DNA of 64,000 nucleotides from an uncultured Gemmatimonadales bacterium (GCA_947259585.1 CAMYMV010000002.1:3925-67924); one strand, 5' to 3'; numbered from the stretch's first letter, positions 47,437 through 56,945 are shown. Numbers and translations: made by a program. Notes: generated from the letters alone by a model not told the origin.

Positions 47437-48114
47437 ATGCCAGCCACAGCCAACGTGCCCAGCCGGGCCGCCGAAGACTACCTCAAGGCGGTGTACAAGC
47501 TGCAGCGCAGCGAATCGCCGGTCTCGACGACCGCGCTGGCGGGGAAGCTGGACCGGTCGGCGGCGTCCGTGACCAACATGGTCAAGAGCCTGGCCGACCA
47601 GGGGCTGCTCGAGCACGTGCCCTACCACGGCGTCAGCCTCACGGAGGCGGGCGAGCTCTCCGCACTTCTCATCATCCGCAGGCACCGGGTGATCGAGCTC
47701 TATCTCATCGAGAAGCTGGGATATAGCTGGGATACAGTGCACGCCGAGGCGGAGCGCCTCGAGCACTCGGTCTCCGATGAGCTGGTCGACCGGATGGCCG
47801 CCGCGTTGGGCGATCCGGATTTCGACCCGCACGGCGCACCGATTCCGACGTCCGAGGGAACGATCTCCGAGCGTGCGCTGCAGAAGCTGTTGGAGCTGCA
47901 GCCTGGTGAAACAGGCGTGGTACGCGAGGTTGCCGACAACGACTCCGGCCGCCTGTTGCGGCTCGCGAAGCTCGGCCTGCGCCCCGGAGCGCGTGTCGTT
48001 CGCGGCGAAAAAGCGACCGCCGGCCAACCATTCCCGCTGATCGTCGAGGGAGAGGCCGTGTCGCTGGATCCCGACCTCGTCGACGCGGTTCTCGTGGAGC
48101 GATCCGATGGCTAG
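47437..48114 (+). CDS. DtxR/IdeR/MntR family metal-dependent transcriptional repressor with C-terminal FeoA/SH3-like domain
   Basis: N-terminal HTH (EDYLKAVYKLQRSESPVSTTALAGKLDRSAASVTNMVKSL), metal-binding helix, C-terminal FeoA-like domain. The listed ORF N-terminal 232 aa are out-of-frame artefact. Confidence 0.85.
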   Translation: MPATANVPSRAAEDYLKAVYKLQRSESPVSTTALAGKLDRSAASVTNMVKSLADQGLLEHVPYHGVSLTEAGELSALLIIRRHRVIELYLIEKLGYSWDTVHAEAERLEHSVSDELVDRMAAALGDPDFDPHGAPIPTSEGTISERALQKLLELQPGETGVVREVADNDSGRLLRLAKLGLRPGARVVRGEKATAGQPFPLIVEGEAVSLDPDLVDAVLVERSDG

Positions 48115-48358
48115 CGAGCGGAAACACAGAGCGGACGGCGACGCCTGGAGCGTCAGGCTCGGAGAGGCCTCCGAACGCGAGGGCTTCCGAACCCTTCTCT
48201 TCTTCTGCATGACGACGAATCAGCGGCCGTACCGAGTGGTCGAGGTGCCCGAGGATCGCCTCGCGGATCAGGAGGCGGTGAACGCGCTGGACGATGCGGC
48301 TGTGGACGAGCTCTTCCGCGCCTCGCGCTCCATGGGGTATCCGCTGGACTTCGAGTAG
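48107..48358 (+). CDS. Small hypothetical protein (83 aa), start overlaps the dtxR stop
   Basis: ATG overlapping TAG of the upstream gene. In-frame with the downstream PHP gene but separated by a TAG. No homology recognised. Confidence 0.3.
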   Translation: MASERKHRADGDAWSVRLGEASEREGFRTLLFFCMTTNQRPYRVVEVPEDRLADQEAVNALDDAAVDELFRASRSMGYPLDFE

Positions 48359-48436
48359 CGTGGGTCGGGTCTCCTGTCGCACGTAGATCTACACCTCCAT
48401 TCCATCGCCTCCGATGGCACGACGTCGCCCGCCGAG

Positions 48437-49201
48437 GTGGTGCGTCACGCCGCCTCCGCGGGTGTCTCAGGCATCTCCCTGACCGACCACGACACCTTCG
48501 ATGGGCTGGACGAGGCCGCCGAAGAAGCGCGCCGGCTCGGCCTCTCCTTTCTGCCAGGCGTGGAGATCTCGGCCAACGAGCCCAACCGCTCCGTGCACAT
48601 CCTGGCCTACGGCATGGATCGAGCGGACGGGGATCTGGCCGACTTCCTCTCGGCGCTCAGCTCGGATCGCGTGCGACGCGCCCGGGAGATGGCGAAGCGG
48701 TTCCGGGCGCTCGGCGTCCGGCTGGACTACGAGGCCGTGGAGCGGGAATGCGGTCGGGCCGCGCCGACCCGGGCGCACGTCGCTCGAGCCCTGCTTGCCG
48801 AGGGCCTGGCCCCCGACATGGATGTCATCTTCCGGCGCTGGTTGGGGCGGGGAAGGCCGGCGTTCGTCGAGAAGATGCCGACGCCGCCCGCCAGCGTGTT
48901 CGAGCGCGTTCACGCGGCCGGTGGCGTCGCGATACTGGCCCATCCAGGTCGCACACACGGCGAACGAGAGATCGTCCGTTGGCGTGCCGAGGGCCTGGAC
49001 GGCGTCGAGGTGCTTCACCCGCTGAACAGAAACAACGTGAGGGCCCGGCTCCAGTCGCTGTCGCGCCGCGTCGGGCTTCTGCGCAGCGGCGGTTCCGACT
49101 GGCACGGGCCATCCGGGTACCAGGCTGCCATCGGCTCGCAGAGAGTGCCACCGGCGTGGATGGAGACGATCCGCGAGCGGGTCGCCGACCCGGGTTTCTA
49201 G
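48437..49201 (+). CDS. PHP-domain metal-dependent phosphoesterase (TrpH/YciV-like)
   Basis: GISLTDHDT...VEISA motifs. The conserved N-terminal VDLHLHSIASDGTTSPAEV extends 5' of the first canonical start codon, back to an in-frame TAG. No ATG/GTG/TTG is available. Confidence 0.75.
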   Translation: MVRHAASAGVSGISLTDHDTFDGLDEAAEEARRLGLSFLPGVEISANEPNRSVHILAYGMDRADGDLADFLSALSSDRVRRAREMAKRFRALGVRLDYEAVERECGRAAPTRAHVARALLAEGLAPDMDVIFRRWLGRGRPAFVEKMPTPPASVFERVHAAGGVAILAHPGRTHGEREIVRWRAEGLDGVEVLHPLNRNNVRARLQSLSRRVGLLRSGGSDWHGPSGYQAAIGSQRVPPAWMETIRERVADPGF

Positions 49202-49209
49202 CCGGGCGT

Positions 49210-50259
49210 TTAGCCCGCCTGGTCGACCACGTCGAGGGTCGCCGCCTCGCTCAGCGCCTCCTCGGTTATCGCCGGCTCGAGGTGTGAACCGCCGGATCCG
49301 GGTTCTTCCTGCTCGACAAGCCAGCGTTCCGCATCGATCGCCGCCATGCAGCCGGTTCCGGCGGCGGTTACGGCCTGCCTGTACACGTGGTCCTGTGCGT
49401 CGCCGCAGGCGAACACTCCCGCGACGTTCGTGCGGGTCGAGTCGGCGGCCGTCCGGATGTAGCCGACCTCGTCCATCTCGAGCCATCCCTGGAAGACCTC
49501 GGTGTTCGGCGTGTGGCCGATCGCCAGGAAGAAGCCCTTAACCGCGAGCTCGGAGGTCTCGCCCGTCCTCACGTTCCGGATCAGGGCTCCCTCGACTTCC
49601 TCCTCGCCGAGCACGTCCTCGACGACCGTATCCCAGACGACCTCGATCTGCTCGTTGGCCAGCACTCGATCCTGCATGATCTTGGAGGCCCGGAGCTCGT
49701 CCCTCCGATGGATCACGTGGACCCGTGACGCGAAGCGCGTGAGGAAGAGAGCCTCCTCCATTGCGGAATCTCCGCCGCCGATTACGGCGACCTCCACGTC
49801 CTGAAAGAAGGCGCCGTCGCAGGTCGCGCAGGACGACACGCCCCGACCCAGCAGACGCTCCTCGTTCTCGAGCCCGAGATACCGGGCGGAGGCGCCCGTC
49901 GAGACGATGAGCGTCTCAGCGGTAACCGGCGTGCGCTCGTCCACGAGAAGCCGAAACGGCCGGCGCGCCAGATCGACCATCGTCACGGTCCCATATCGCA
50001 GATCCGCCCCGAACCGGCTCGCCTGCTCCTCGAACTTCATCATCAGATCCGGACCGAGCACCCCCTCCGGGAATCCCGGATAATTCTCAACGTCCGTGGT
50101 CGTGATGAGCTGGCCACCTGGCTGCGGGCCCCGGTACACGACCGGGGCGAGCTTGGCCCGGGCGGTGTAGAGCGCCGCCGTAAGGCCGGCCGGACCGGTA
50201 CCCACTACCACCACCTGGTGGTGCTCCGCATCTGCGAAGCCGACATCCTCTATGTGCAT
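49210..50259 (-). CDS. trxB: Thioredoxin-disulfide reductase
   Basis: FAD motif VVVVGTGPAGLTAALY, redox-active CATCDG, NADPH motif, C-terminal AAGTGCMAAIDAERWL. Start at M13 preceded by GGGAGGGAG. About 40-aa acidic C-terminal extension. Confidence 0.9.
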   Translation of the reverse strand: MHIEDVGFADAEHHQVVVVGTGPAGLTAALYTARAKLAPVVYRGPQPGGQLITTTDVENYPGFPEGVLGPDLMMKFEEQASRFGADLRYGTVTMVDLARRPFRLLVDERTPVTAETLIVSTGASARYLGLENEERLLGRGVSSCATCDGAFFQDVEVAVIGGGDSAMEEALFLTRFASRVHVIHRRDELRASKIMQDRVLANEQIEVVWDTVVEDVLGEEEVEGALIRNVRTGETSELAVKGFFLAIGHTPNTEVFQGWLEMDEVGYIRTAADSTRTNVAGVFACGDAQDHVYRQAVTAAGTGCMAAIDAERWLVEQEEPGSGGSHLEPAITEEALSEAATLDVVDQAG

Positions 50260-50408
50260 CGGCGTGCTCCCTCCCACTCGGCTCTCTTCGCTCATTCTTC
50301 TGCGGACCTATTTCCGATTCTGAAAGCGCCTCAGGAACTTCGGACTCCCCTTCCATTTATATAACAAGGATCGGTTCCGCGCGCGGGGCCGATCCCGAAC
50401 CCGGAAGG

Positions 50409-50438
50409 TTGACAGGCGTGGAGCGCGTGGCCTACGAT
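50409..50438 (+). promoter_or_regulatory. Sigma-70-like promoter candidate (TTGACA-18nt-TACGAT) upstream of iscA/erpA
   Basis: Located in a locally AT-enriched 190-bp intergenic region about 45 nt upstream of the iscA start. Confidence 0.35.
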
Positions 50439-50482
50439 TTGCCCCGCAGCTCGGCGGGTTTCGCAAGATGGCCTGAGAGGAA

Positions 50483-50857
50483 ATGGGAAATATGAGCGGA
50501 ACGACGACATCCAACATCGGTGCCGTGGACGTCGGGTTGACGGAACTGGCGGCCACGGAAGTCCGCAAGTTCTTGGAACAGGAAGAGTTGAGCCTCGATT
50601 CGGCCGGCCTGCGCGTCAGCGTGCGGCCGGGTGGCTGCTCCGGCTTCGAGTACGGGCTGGATATCGAGGAGGATCCGCGGGAGGACGACTTCGTCGTGCC
50701 ATCCCAGGGCATCCGGCTGTTCATCGACCCGTTCAGCGCCCAGTACCTCGCCGGCGTCGTCATCGACTACCACTCCAGCTTCCAGGGGTCCGGCTTCTCC
50801 TTCGAGAACCCCAACTCGACGGGTGGCTGCGGCTGCGGAAGCTCCTTCTCCGCCTAG
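50483..50857 (+). CDS. A-type iron-sulfur cluster carrier (IscA/ErpA/HesB family)
   Basis: GGCSGFEY and C-terminal GCGCG motifs. Confidence 0.9.
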   Translation: MGNMSGTTTSNIGAVDVGLTELAATEVRKFLEQEELSLDSAGLRVSVRPGGCSGFEYGLDIEEDPREDDFVVPSQGIRLFIDPFSAQYLAGVVIDYHSSFQGSGFSFENPNSTGGCGCGSSFSA

Positions 50858-50879
50858 CGACGCCCACACCGCGGGACGC

Positions 50880-51533
50880 GTGTCCCCGCCGCTGGAGGTC
50901 CTGAGGCTCGAGCTCGGGCCGTTTCTCGCCAACTGTTTCCTTCTGCGCCGCGAAGGTGAGCGGGAAACGCTCGTCGTCGATCCGGGGTTCGAGCCGGAGC
51001 GGGTGGAGGACGCGATCGAAGGCTGGGACGGTGTGCCGGTCGCCATCCTGCTCACGCACGCCCACGTGGATCACATGGCCGGAGTCGAGGCGCTCGTGCG
51101 CGCGCACTCGATCCCGGTGCACCTGCACCCCGCCGATCTCCCCCTTTACGAGGCGTCGGCCCAGCAGGCGGCCGCGTTCGGGCTGGCGATGCGGCAACCA
51201 CCGCCGCCCGACGAGCTTTTCTCGGACGGCCAGCGGCTCGCCCTGGCCGGGGTCGAGCTCGAGGTGCTCCATGCTCCGGGGCACTCTCCCGGCGGCGTCG
51301 TGCTCTCTGCCGAGGGCCGGGCGTTCGTCGGAGACTGCGTCTTCGCTGGATCGATAGGGCGCACGGACCTGCCCGGAGGAGACACCGCCGAGCTTCTCCG
51401 CTCGATACGCGAGCAGATCCTGACGCTTCCCGGCGACACCATTCTGCATACGGGCCACGGACCGGACACGAACGTGCAGCGCGAGGCGAGCACCAATCCG
51501 TTCCTGACGGGCGCGTTCGGCTGGAGCGGCTGA
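50880..51533 (+). CDS. MBL-fold metallo-hydrolase (hydroxyacylglutathione hydrolase / glyoxalase II-like)
   Basis: LTHAHVDHMAG (HxHxDH) and downstream His/Asp ligands. GTG start 23 nt after the iscA stop; the listed upstream portion is out of frame with iscA. Confidence 0.8.
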   Translation: MSPPLEVLRLELGPFLANCFLLRREGERETLVVDPGFEPERVEDAIEGWDGVPVAILLTHAHVDHMAGVEALVRAHSIPVHLHPADLPLYEASAQQAAAFGLAMRQPPPPDELFSDGQRLALAGVELEVLHAPGHSPGGVVLSAEGRAFVGDCVFAGSIGRTDLPGGDTAELLRSIREQILTLPGDTILHTGHGPDTNVQREASTNPFLTGAFGWSG

Positions 51534-51606
51534 TGGCCGACGGGTTGCCGGTCTGCAGTCGCGCAGCGAGCGACGGATCCCGGTTCGAGTCTGGGGACTG
51601 CTCGGA

Positions 51607-52665
51607 TTGACCGGCCCCCGCGAGCCGGATGAGGTCACTGGCGAGGAGACCGAGCGTCTGGCGGCCCTGCTCCACGCCGTCGAGGACGCTGAGGAGCTGC
51701 TGGTCGTCACGCACGACAACCCCGATCCGGATGCCCTCGCCTCCGCCGCCGCGCTCGGCTTCCTGCTTCAACACTGTGAGGGTCTCAGGACCAGGCTCGC
51801 CTTCGGAGGCATCGTGGGCCGGGCCGAGAACCAGGCACTGATCCGCGAGCTCGGGGTCGACTTCGAGCGGCTAGGCGGAGCGAACGGAATCAGCCCCGGG
51901 ACGATCGTCGCGCTCGTCGACACGCAGCCGCGGGCGGGAAACAACTCGCTGCCGGCCGGCCGGATCGCCAACGTCGTCATCGACCATCACCCCCGCCGTC
52001 CCGAGACCGAGGCGTCGCCCTTCGCCGACATCAGACCCGAGTATGGAGCGAACTGCTCGATTCTCATCAAGTACCTGCGGGCAGCGGAGCTGGAGCCCGA
52101 TCGCCGGCTGGCCACCGGCCTGTTCTACGGCATCCAGACCGAGACCGCCGACCTGGGACGCGAGGCCTCACGGGCGGACGTAAGCGCGAGCCTGTACCTG
52201 TATCCCCGCATCGATCCGGAGGCCTACTCCCGCATCCTCCACCCTCCACTCCCGAAGGGCTACTTCAGGTCGGTCCATCAGGCGTTGGAGGAGGCCCGCC
52301 GCTACGGGGGTGTCATCATCTCGCCCGCGGGGAAACTGGTCTATCCGGACATGGTGGCGGAGCTGGCCGACCTGCTGATCCGTGCGAAAGACACGGAGTG
52401 GGCGGTCGCCGCGGGCACGTTCGGTGGCCGGCTCCTGATATCGGTCCGCAGCTCGAAGCCGGTCGCCCATGCCGGCGATCTCGTTCGGGGCGTCATCGGT
52501 GATCGGGGATCGGCCGGTGGGCACGGCATGCTGGCCGGCGGACAGATCCCGCTCGAGGGCCTCTCCGAGGAAGAGGTCGAGCGCGTGTCGGCGTCGGTTC
52601 TGGAGGATTTCCTGGAAGCGCTCGGGGCGTCCGGCGAGGAGTCCGAATCGCTGACCGAGCGATGA
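51607..52665 (+). CDS. DHH/DHHA1 phosphoesterase, NrnA-like (oligoribonuclease / pAp phosphatase), paralog 1
   Basis: VTHDNPDPDALASAAAL, DHHP motif, C-terminal DHHA1 with GGGH. Confidence 0.85.
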   Translation: MTGPREPDEVTGEETERLAALLHAVEDAEELLVVTHDNPDPDALASAAALGFLLQHCEGLRTRLAFGGIVGRAENQALIRELGVDFERLGGANGISPGTIVALVDTQPRAGNNSLPAGRIANVVIDHHPRRPETEASPFADIRPEYGANCSILIKYLRAAELEPDRRLATGLFYGIQTETADLGREASRADVSASLYLYPRIDPEAYSRILHPPLPKGYFRSVHQALEEARRYGGVIISPAGKLVYPDMVAELADLLIRAKDTEWAVAAGTFGGRLLISVRSSKPVAHAGDLVRGVIGDRGSAGGHGMLAGGQIPLEGLSEEEVERVSASVLEDFLEALGASGEESESLTER

Positions 52666-53930
52666 AGCTCGTCGGGCTCACCGGGACGCTCGGATCGGGC
52701 AAGAGCACGGTAGGCCGCCTGTTCGAGGGGTGGGGTGCGAGTCGGATCGACACGGACGAGCTCGCGCGCCAAGTGGTCCGGCCCGGCCGTCCGGCGCTCG
52801 AGCGCATCCGCGAGAACTGGGGCGAACGGATTCTGGCGCCGGACGGCAGCCTCGACCGGCCCGCTCTCCGCCGCATCGTGACGGAGGACTCGGACGCCAG
52901 ACGGAGGCTGGAGGGGATCGTCCACCCCGCCGTGCTGGAGCTCCTGAGCGAGCGGCTCCGCGAAGCACGATCCGGTGGCTGCGAAGTCGCCGTGCTGGAG
53001 GTGCCCCTTCTCCTCGAGGCCGGGCTCGAGAGGATGTGCGACCTGGTCGTGACCGTCGATGCGCCGCTCGAGGTGCGGAAATCGAGGGTGTGCGGGGAGC
53101 GTGGGCTCTCGGAGAGAGAGTTCGCGGCACTCGACGATGCTCAGCTTTCGGGCGAGGAGAAGCGGGGCCGGGCCGACATCGTCGTCGAGAACGGCGGATC
53201 GGTGTCGGAGCTGGAAGCCGCGGCCAGGGCCGCCTGGGACGCGATCCAACGAGCCGACGAGGCCGAGGGCGGACCGGGCGGGCGCTGGTCGGTGGATCTC
53301 CACATGCACACCCGCCACTCCAAGGACTGCCTCAGCGATCCCGCGGACGTCGTCGCCACGGCTCGCCGCGTCGGCCTCGATCGGATCGCGATCACCGACC
53401 ACGACGAGATCGAAGGCGCCTTCGAGGCCCACCGGTCGGCCCCGGATCTCGTGATCGTCGGCGAGGAGGTCCGGACCGCGGAAGGCCTCGACCTCATCGG
53501 CCTCTTCCTCAGGGAGCACATCCCTCCCGGCGGCAACTTCCGGGAGGTTGCGGAGGCGATCCGCTCGCAGGGAGGCGTCACCTATCTGCCGCATCCGTTC
53601 GATCGGTGGCGGGGAAGTGACGAGGTCTACCTCGAGAGCGTCATCGATTGCGTGGACGTCGTGGAAGTCTTCAACGCGCGCGTGCACGATCCGCAGAGGA
53701 ACGAGCGCGCCAGGGCCTGGGCCGAGGAGCACGGGCTGCCGGTCGGCGCCGGGAGCGATGCGCACACGCTTCGAGAGATCGGAAAGGGCAGGGTGAAGCT
53801 CGCGCCGTTCGACGGGCCGGAGGGGTTCGTCCGGTCGGCGGCGGAGGGCGAGATCGAGGGTGCGGCTTCCGCGCACTGGGTGCATCTGGGCTCGACCTGG
53901 GCGAAGCTGCGAAAGCGCCTTCCCATTTGA
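52662..53930 (+). CDS. coaE: Dephospho-CoA kinase fused to a C-terminal PHP phosphoesterase domain
   Basis: N-terminal P-loop GLTGTLGSGKST and CoaE core (~200 aa). C-terminal VDLHMHTRHSKDC...ITDHDEI...PHP motifs (~220 aa) in one continuous ORF. Confidence 0.8.
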   Translation: MKLVGLTGTLGSGKSTVGRLFEGWGASRIDTDELARQVVRPGRPALERIRENWGERILAPDGSLDRPALRRIVTEDSDARRRLEGIVHPAVLELLSERLREARSGGCEVAVLEVPLLLEAGLERMCDLVVTVDAPLEVRKSRVCGERGLSEREFAALDDAQLSGEEKRGRADIVVENGGSVSELEAAARAAWDAIQRADEAEGGPGGRWSVDLHMHTRHSKDCLSDPADVVATARRVGLDRIAITDHDEIEGAFEAHRSAPDLVIVGEEVRTAEGLDLIGLFLREHIPPGGNFREVAEAIRSQGGVTYLPHPFDRWRGSDEVYLESVIDCVDVVEVFNARVHDPQRNERARAWAEEHGLPVGAGSDAHTLREIGKGRVKLAPFDGPEGFVRSAAEGEIEGAASAHWVHLGSTWAKLRKRLPI

Positions 53931-53967
53931 CACCGTCCTCGAGCGGCGGATAGCGTGACGCCCTGTT

Positions 53968-55611
53968 TTGCCACGTAGGGAGGCGGGAGGTGCCTTGAGC
54001 GCTCACACACACGCGCAGGAACGCTGGGCGACCCGGATCGGGCTGATCCTGGCCATGGCCGGGAACGCCGTCGGGCTCGGCAACTTCCTTCGCTTCCCGG
54101 TGCAGGCCGCGCAGAACGGCGGCGGCACCTTCATGATTCCGTACTTCATCTCCTTCCTGCTGCTCGGGATTCCGCTCATGTGGGTCGAGTGGACGATCGG
54201 CAGGTTCGGCGGCCGGCACGGCCATGCCACCGTCCCCGGCATGTTCGACGAGCTGGGCGACGGGAAGCGGAAGTGGGCGAAGTATCTGGGCGTGCTCGGG
54301 ATCGTCATGCCGCTCGTGGTCTTCATCTACTACACGTACGTCGTCTCGTGGATGTTGGGGTTCAGCTTCTTCAGCCTGACGGGGGGCTACTTCGGTCTGG
54401 GCGAGTTCAGCCAGGTGGCGCAGTACCTGTACTCCTACCAGGACGTCTTCGATGGGTCGATCCACGGTGGCTGGGTGGCGGTCGCGTTCTTCCTCATCAC
54501 GATCGTCTTCCTCTACTCCGTGCTGTCGCGCGGCATCGCCGGAGGCATCGAGAAGCTCGCCCTGATCGGGATGCCGATCCTCTTCCTGTTCGCCTTCATC
54601 CTCATGATCCGCGTCCTCACGCTGCCGCCCGCCGTGGGCACGCCGGCGGAAGGGCTCAACTTCATCTGGAACCCCGAGTGGACCAGCCTGTCGGACGCGA
54701 AGGTCTGGCTGGCAGCCGCCGGCCAGATGTTCTTCACGCTCTCCCTCGGGATGGGTACGATCCACTGCTACTCGTCCTACCTTACCGAGAGGGACGACGT
54801 GACCCTGACCGGGCTGTCGACCGGGGCCACGAACGAGTTCGCCGAAGTCGTGCTCGGCGGGACGATCGCGATTCCAGCGGCGGTGACCTTCTTCGGCGTG
54901 GCGGGTGCGACCGCGATCGCCGAGGGCGGCACCTACGATCTCGGCATCGTCGCGATGAGCGTCGTCTTTCAGGGACTGCCCGGAGGCCAGTTCTGGGGGC
55001 AGGTCACCGGCTTCCTCTGGTTCTTCCTCCTCTTCATCGCCGGAATAACGTCGAGCGTGGCGCTCTCGAGTCCCGCGATCGCCTTCCTGCAGCAGGAATA
55101 CGGCCGCACGCGAAAGCACGCGGTGCTGATGGTGATGGCGCTGGCGGTCGCCCTCGGAACGCTGCACGTGCTCTTCTATCACCGGCAGTTCCTGGACGTG
55201 TGGGACTACTGGGCCGGCACCTTCGGTCTGGTGATCTTCGCGGCGGTGGAGATCGTGCTCTTCTCGTGGATCTTCGGTATCGACCGGGGCTGGAAGGAGA
55301 TGCACGTCGGGGCGGACCTCAGGGTTCCACTCATCTACAAGTTCATCATCAAGTGGGTGACGCCGCTCTTCCTCTTCATCCTCCTGGGCTGGTGGGCCGT
55401 GACGGAGGCCGTTCCAACGCTGCTCATGCGGAACGTGGCAGATGCACCGATCACGTACGATCCTGAGACGATCGTATACCGTTGGTTCAGCCGGCTGGTC
55501 ATGTTGGGCTTGCTGGCTTTGGGCCTGTACCTGATCCACCAGGCGTGGGTGCGAAAGGCGGTCGCCGCGGGAGCTTCGCCTGCCGCCGATCCCGGGCCCA
55601 CGGAGTCCTGA
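53968..55611 (+). CDS. Sodium-dependent transporter of the NSS/SNF family
   Basis: ERWATRIGLILAMAGNAVGLGNFLRFP and 11-12 TM helices. Confidence 0.9.
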   Translation: MPRREAGGALSAHTHAQERWATRIGLILAMAGNAVGLGNFLRFPVQAAQNGGGTFMIPYFISFLLLGIPLMWVEWTIGRFGGRHGHATVPGMFDELGDGKRKWAKYLGVLGIVMPLVVFIYYTYVVSWMLGFSFFSLTGGYFGLGEFSQVAQYLYSYQDVFDGSIHGGWVAVAFFLITIVFLYSVLSRGIAGGIEKLALIGMPILFLFAFILMIRVLTLPPAVGTPAEGLNFIWNPEWTSLSDAKVWLAAAGQMFFTLSLGMGTIHCYSSYLTERDDVTLTGLSTGATNEFAEVVLGGTIAIPAAVTFFGVAGATAIAEGGTYDLGIVAMSVVFQGLPGGQFWGQVTGFLWFFLLFIAGITSSVALSSPAIAFLQQEYGRTRKHAVLMVMALAVALGTLHVLFYHRQFLDVWDYWAGTFGLVIFAAVEIVLFSWIFGIDRGWKEMHVGADLRVPLIYKFIIKWVTPLFLFILLGWWAVTEAVPTLLMRNVADAPITYDPETIVYRWFSRLVMLGLLALGLYLIHQAWVRKAVAAGASPAADPGPTES

Positions 55612-55625
55612 AGGAGGGGCGTCTG

Positions 55626-55784
55626 ATGGAAGGATCCTCGATCGCTCCGTTCGCGTGGTTCTTCATGCTCCTGAGCATGGGCTCCGTGACCGTACTGACG
55701 GCGTACTGCTACATCCGGATTCTGTCGGGCTCCGACGAGCCGGTCGAGTTGGAGGCGCCAGGATCGGACGTGCCCGATTCCTGA
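55626..55784 (+). CDS. Small single-TM protein downstream of the NSS transporter (possible MetS-like accessory subunit)
   Basis: AAGGAGGGG RBS 7 nt upstream of the ATG. 52 aa with one TM helix (FAWFFMLLSMGSVTVLTAYCYI). Confidence 0.5.
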   Translation: MEGSSIAPFAWFFMLLSMGSVTVLTAYCYIRILSGSDEPVELEAPGSDVPDS

Positions 55785-55809
55785 TTCGCGCGCTCCGAAG
55801 CTCGAGCGC

Positions 55810-56838
55810 TTGCGGTCGGCGATCGAGGCAGCCCGGCACCCGGTGCTGACGACCCACATCAATGCAGACGGCGATGGAGCGGGGAGCGAGGTTGCCCTGG
55901 CACTCTACATGGAGCGCCAGGGGGTGAAGCCCGCGATCGTCAACCCGACGCCGTTTCCGGAGACCTTCAAGTTTCTGCTGCAACACCTGACCCCGTGGTC
56001 CTGCAAGGCCGAAGAGGGGCGGCGAGCCCTGGAGAGGGCCGACCTCATCGTCGTTCTGGACACGTCGGAGCCCTCGAGGCTCGGGGACGTGTATCCCGCG
56101 ACGCGAGGCCGGCGAATCGCGGTCATCGACCACCACCCCTCCACGCCGCAGTCGATCGGGGATCCCGCGATTCGCGACGCCTCGGCGTGCGCGACGGGAG
56201 AACTGATATACGACCTTATCGCCAAGCCGGATGCGCCGAATGCATCGGTGTCGCGGCCGGAGGCGGAGGCGCTCTACGTGGCCATCGTCACCGATACGGG
56301 ATCCTTCCGGTTCGCGAACACGACCTCCCGGACGCACGAGATCTGCGCGAATCTGTTGAGGGCGGGCGTCGATCCTCAGGAGATGTACAGGCAGCTGTAC
56401 GGGCAGGTCACCGACGAGCGCCTGGAGCTGCTGCGTCGGGCGCTCTCCAGCCTCGAGCGGGACCCCGAATGGCCGCTGGCGTCGATTACCCTGAGGCGCC
56501 AGGATTTCCAGGAGTCGCGTGCGGCTTCGGCCGATCTCGAGGGCATCGTCGAGCATGCCCGACAGCTCCGCGGCGTGGAGATCGCCGCGCTCTTCCGGGA
56601 GCTGCCCGACAAGTCGACCAAGGTCTCCCTTCGATCGAACGGAGAGGCCGACGTCGCCGCGATCGCGCGCGAGCATGGGGGCGGGGGGCACACGAAGGCG
56701 GCGGGCGTGCACATCAAGGGGCCGCTCGAGGCGTCGCGCGCCGAGGTGCTGGCCAGCGCCAGACTGGCGCTTCGGAAGAAGGGGCTAGGACCGACGCCCC
56801 CCCCCAACGGGGATCCGGAGGCAGCGCGGGGACCTTGA
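55810..56838 (+). CDS. DHH/DHHA1 phosphoesterase, NrnA-like, paralog 2
   Basis: LTTHINADGDGAGSEVAL, DHHP, DHHA1 GGGH. Confidence 0.85.
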   Translation: MRSAIEAARHPVLTTHINADGDGAGSEVALALYMERQGVKPAIVNPTPFPETFKFLLQHLTPWSCKAEEGRRALERADLIVVLDTSEPSRLGDVYPATRGRRIAVIDHHPSTPQSIGDPAIRDASACATGELIYDLIAKPDAPNASVSRPEAEALYVAIVTDTGSFRFANTTSRTHEICANLLRAGVDPQEMYRQLYGQVTDERLELLRRALSSLERDPEWPLASITLRRQDFQESRAASADLEGIVEHARQLRGVEIAALFRELPDKSTKVSLRSNGEADVAAIAREHGGGGHTKAAGVHIKGPLEASRAEVLASARLALRKKGLGPTPPPNGDPEAARGP

Positions 56839-56945
56839 AGAAAACGGCCCGCGGGGCCTATATTTGCGTGTCCTGTCCATCTGAACCTCAGTAGCCACTG
56901 GCGCGCCGGCGCCGCAGTGGCTCGTCACCGCGACGAGGAGGTCTG

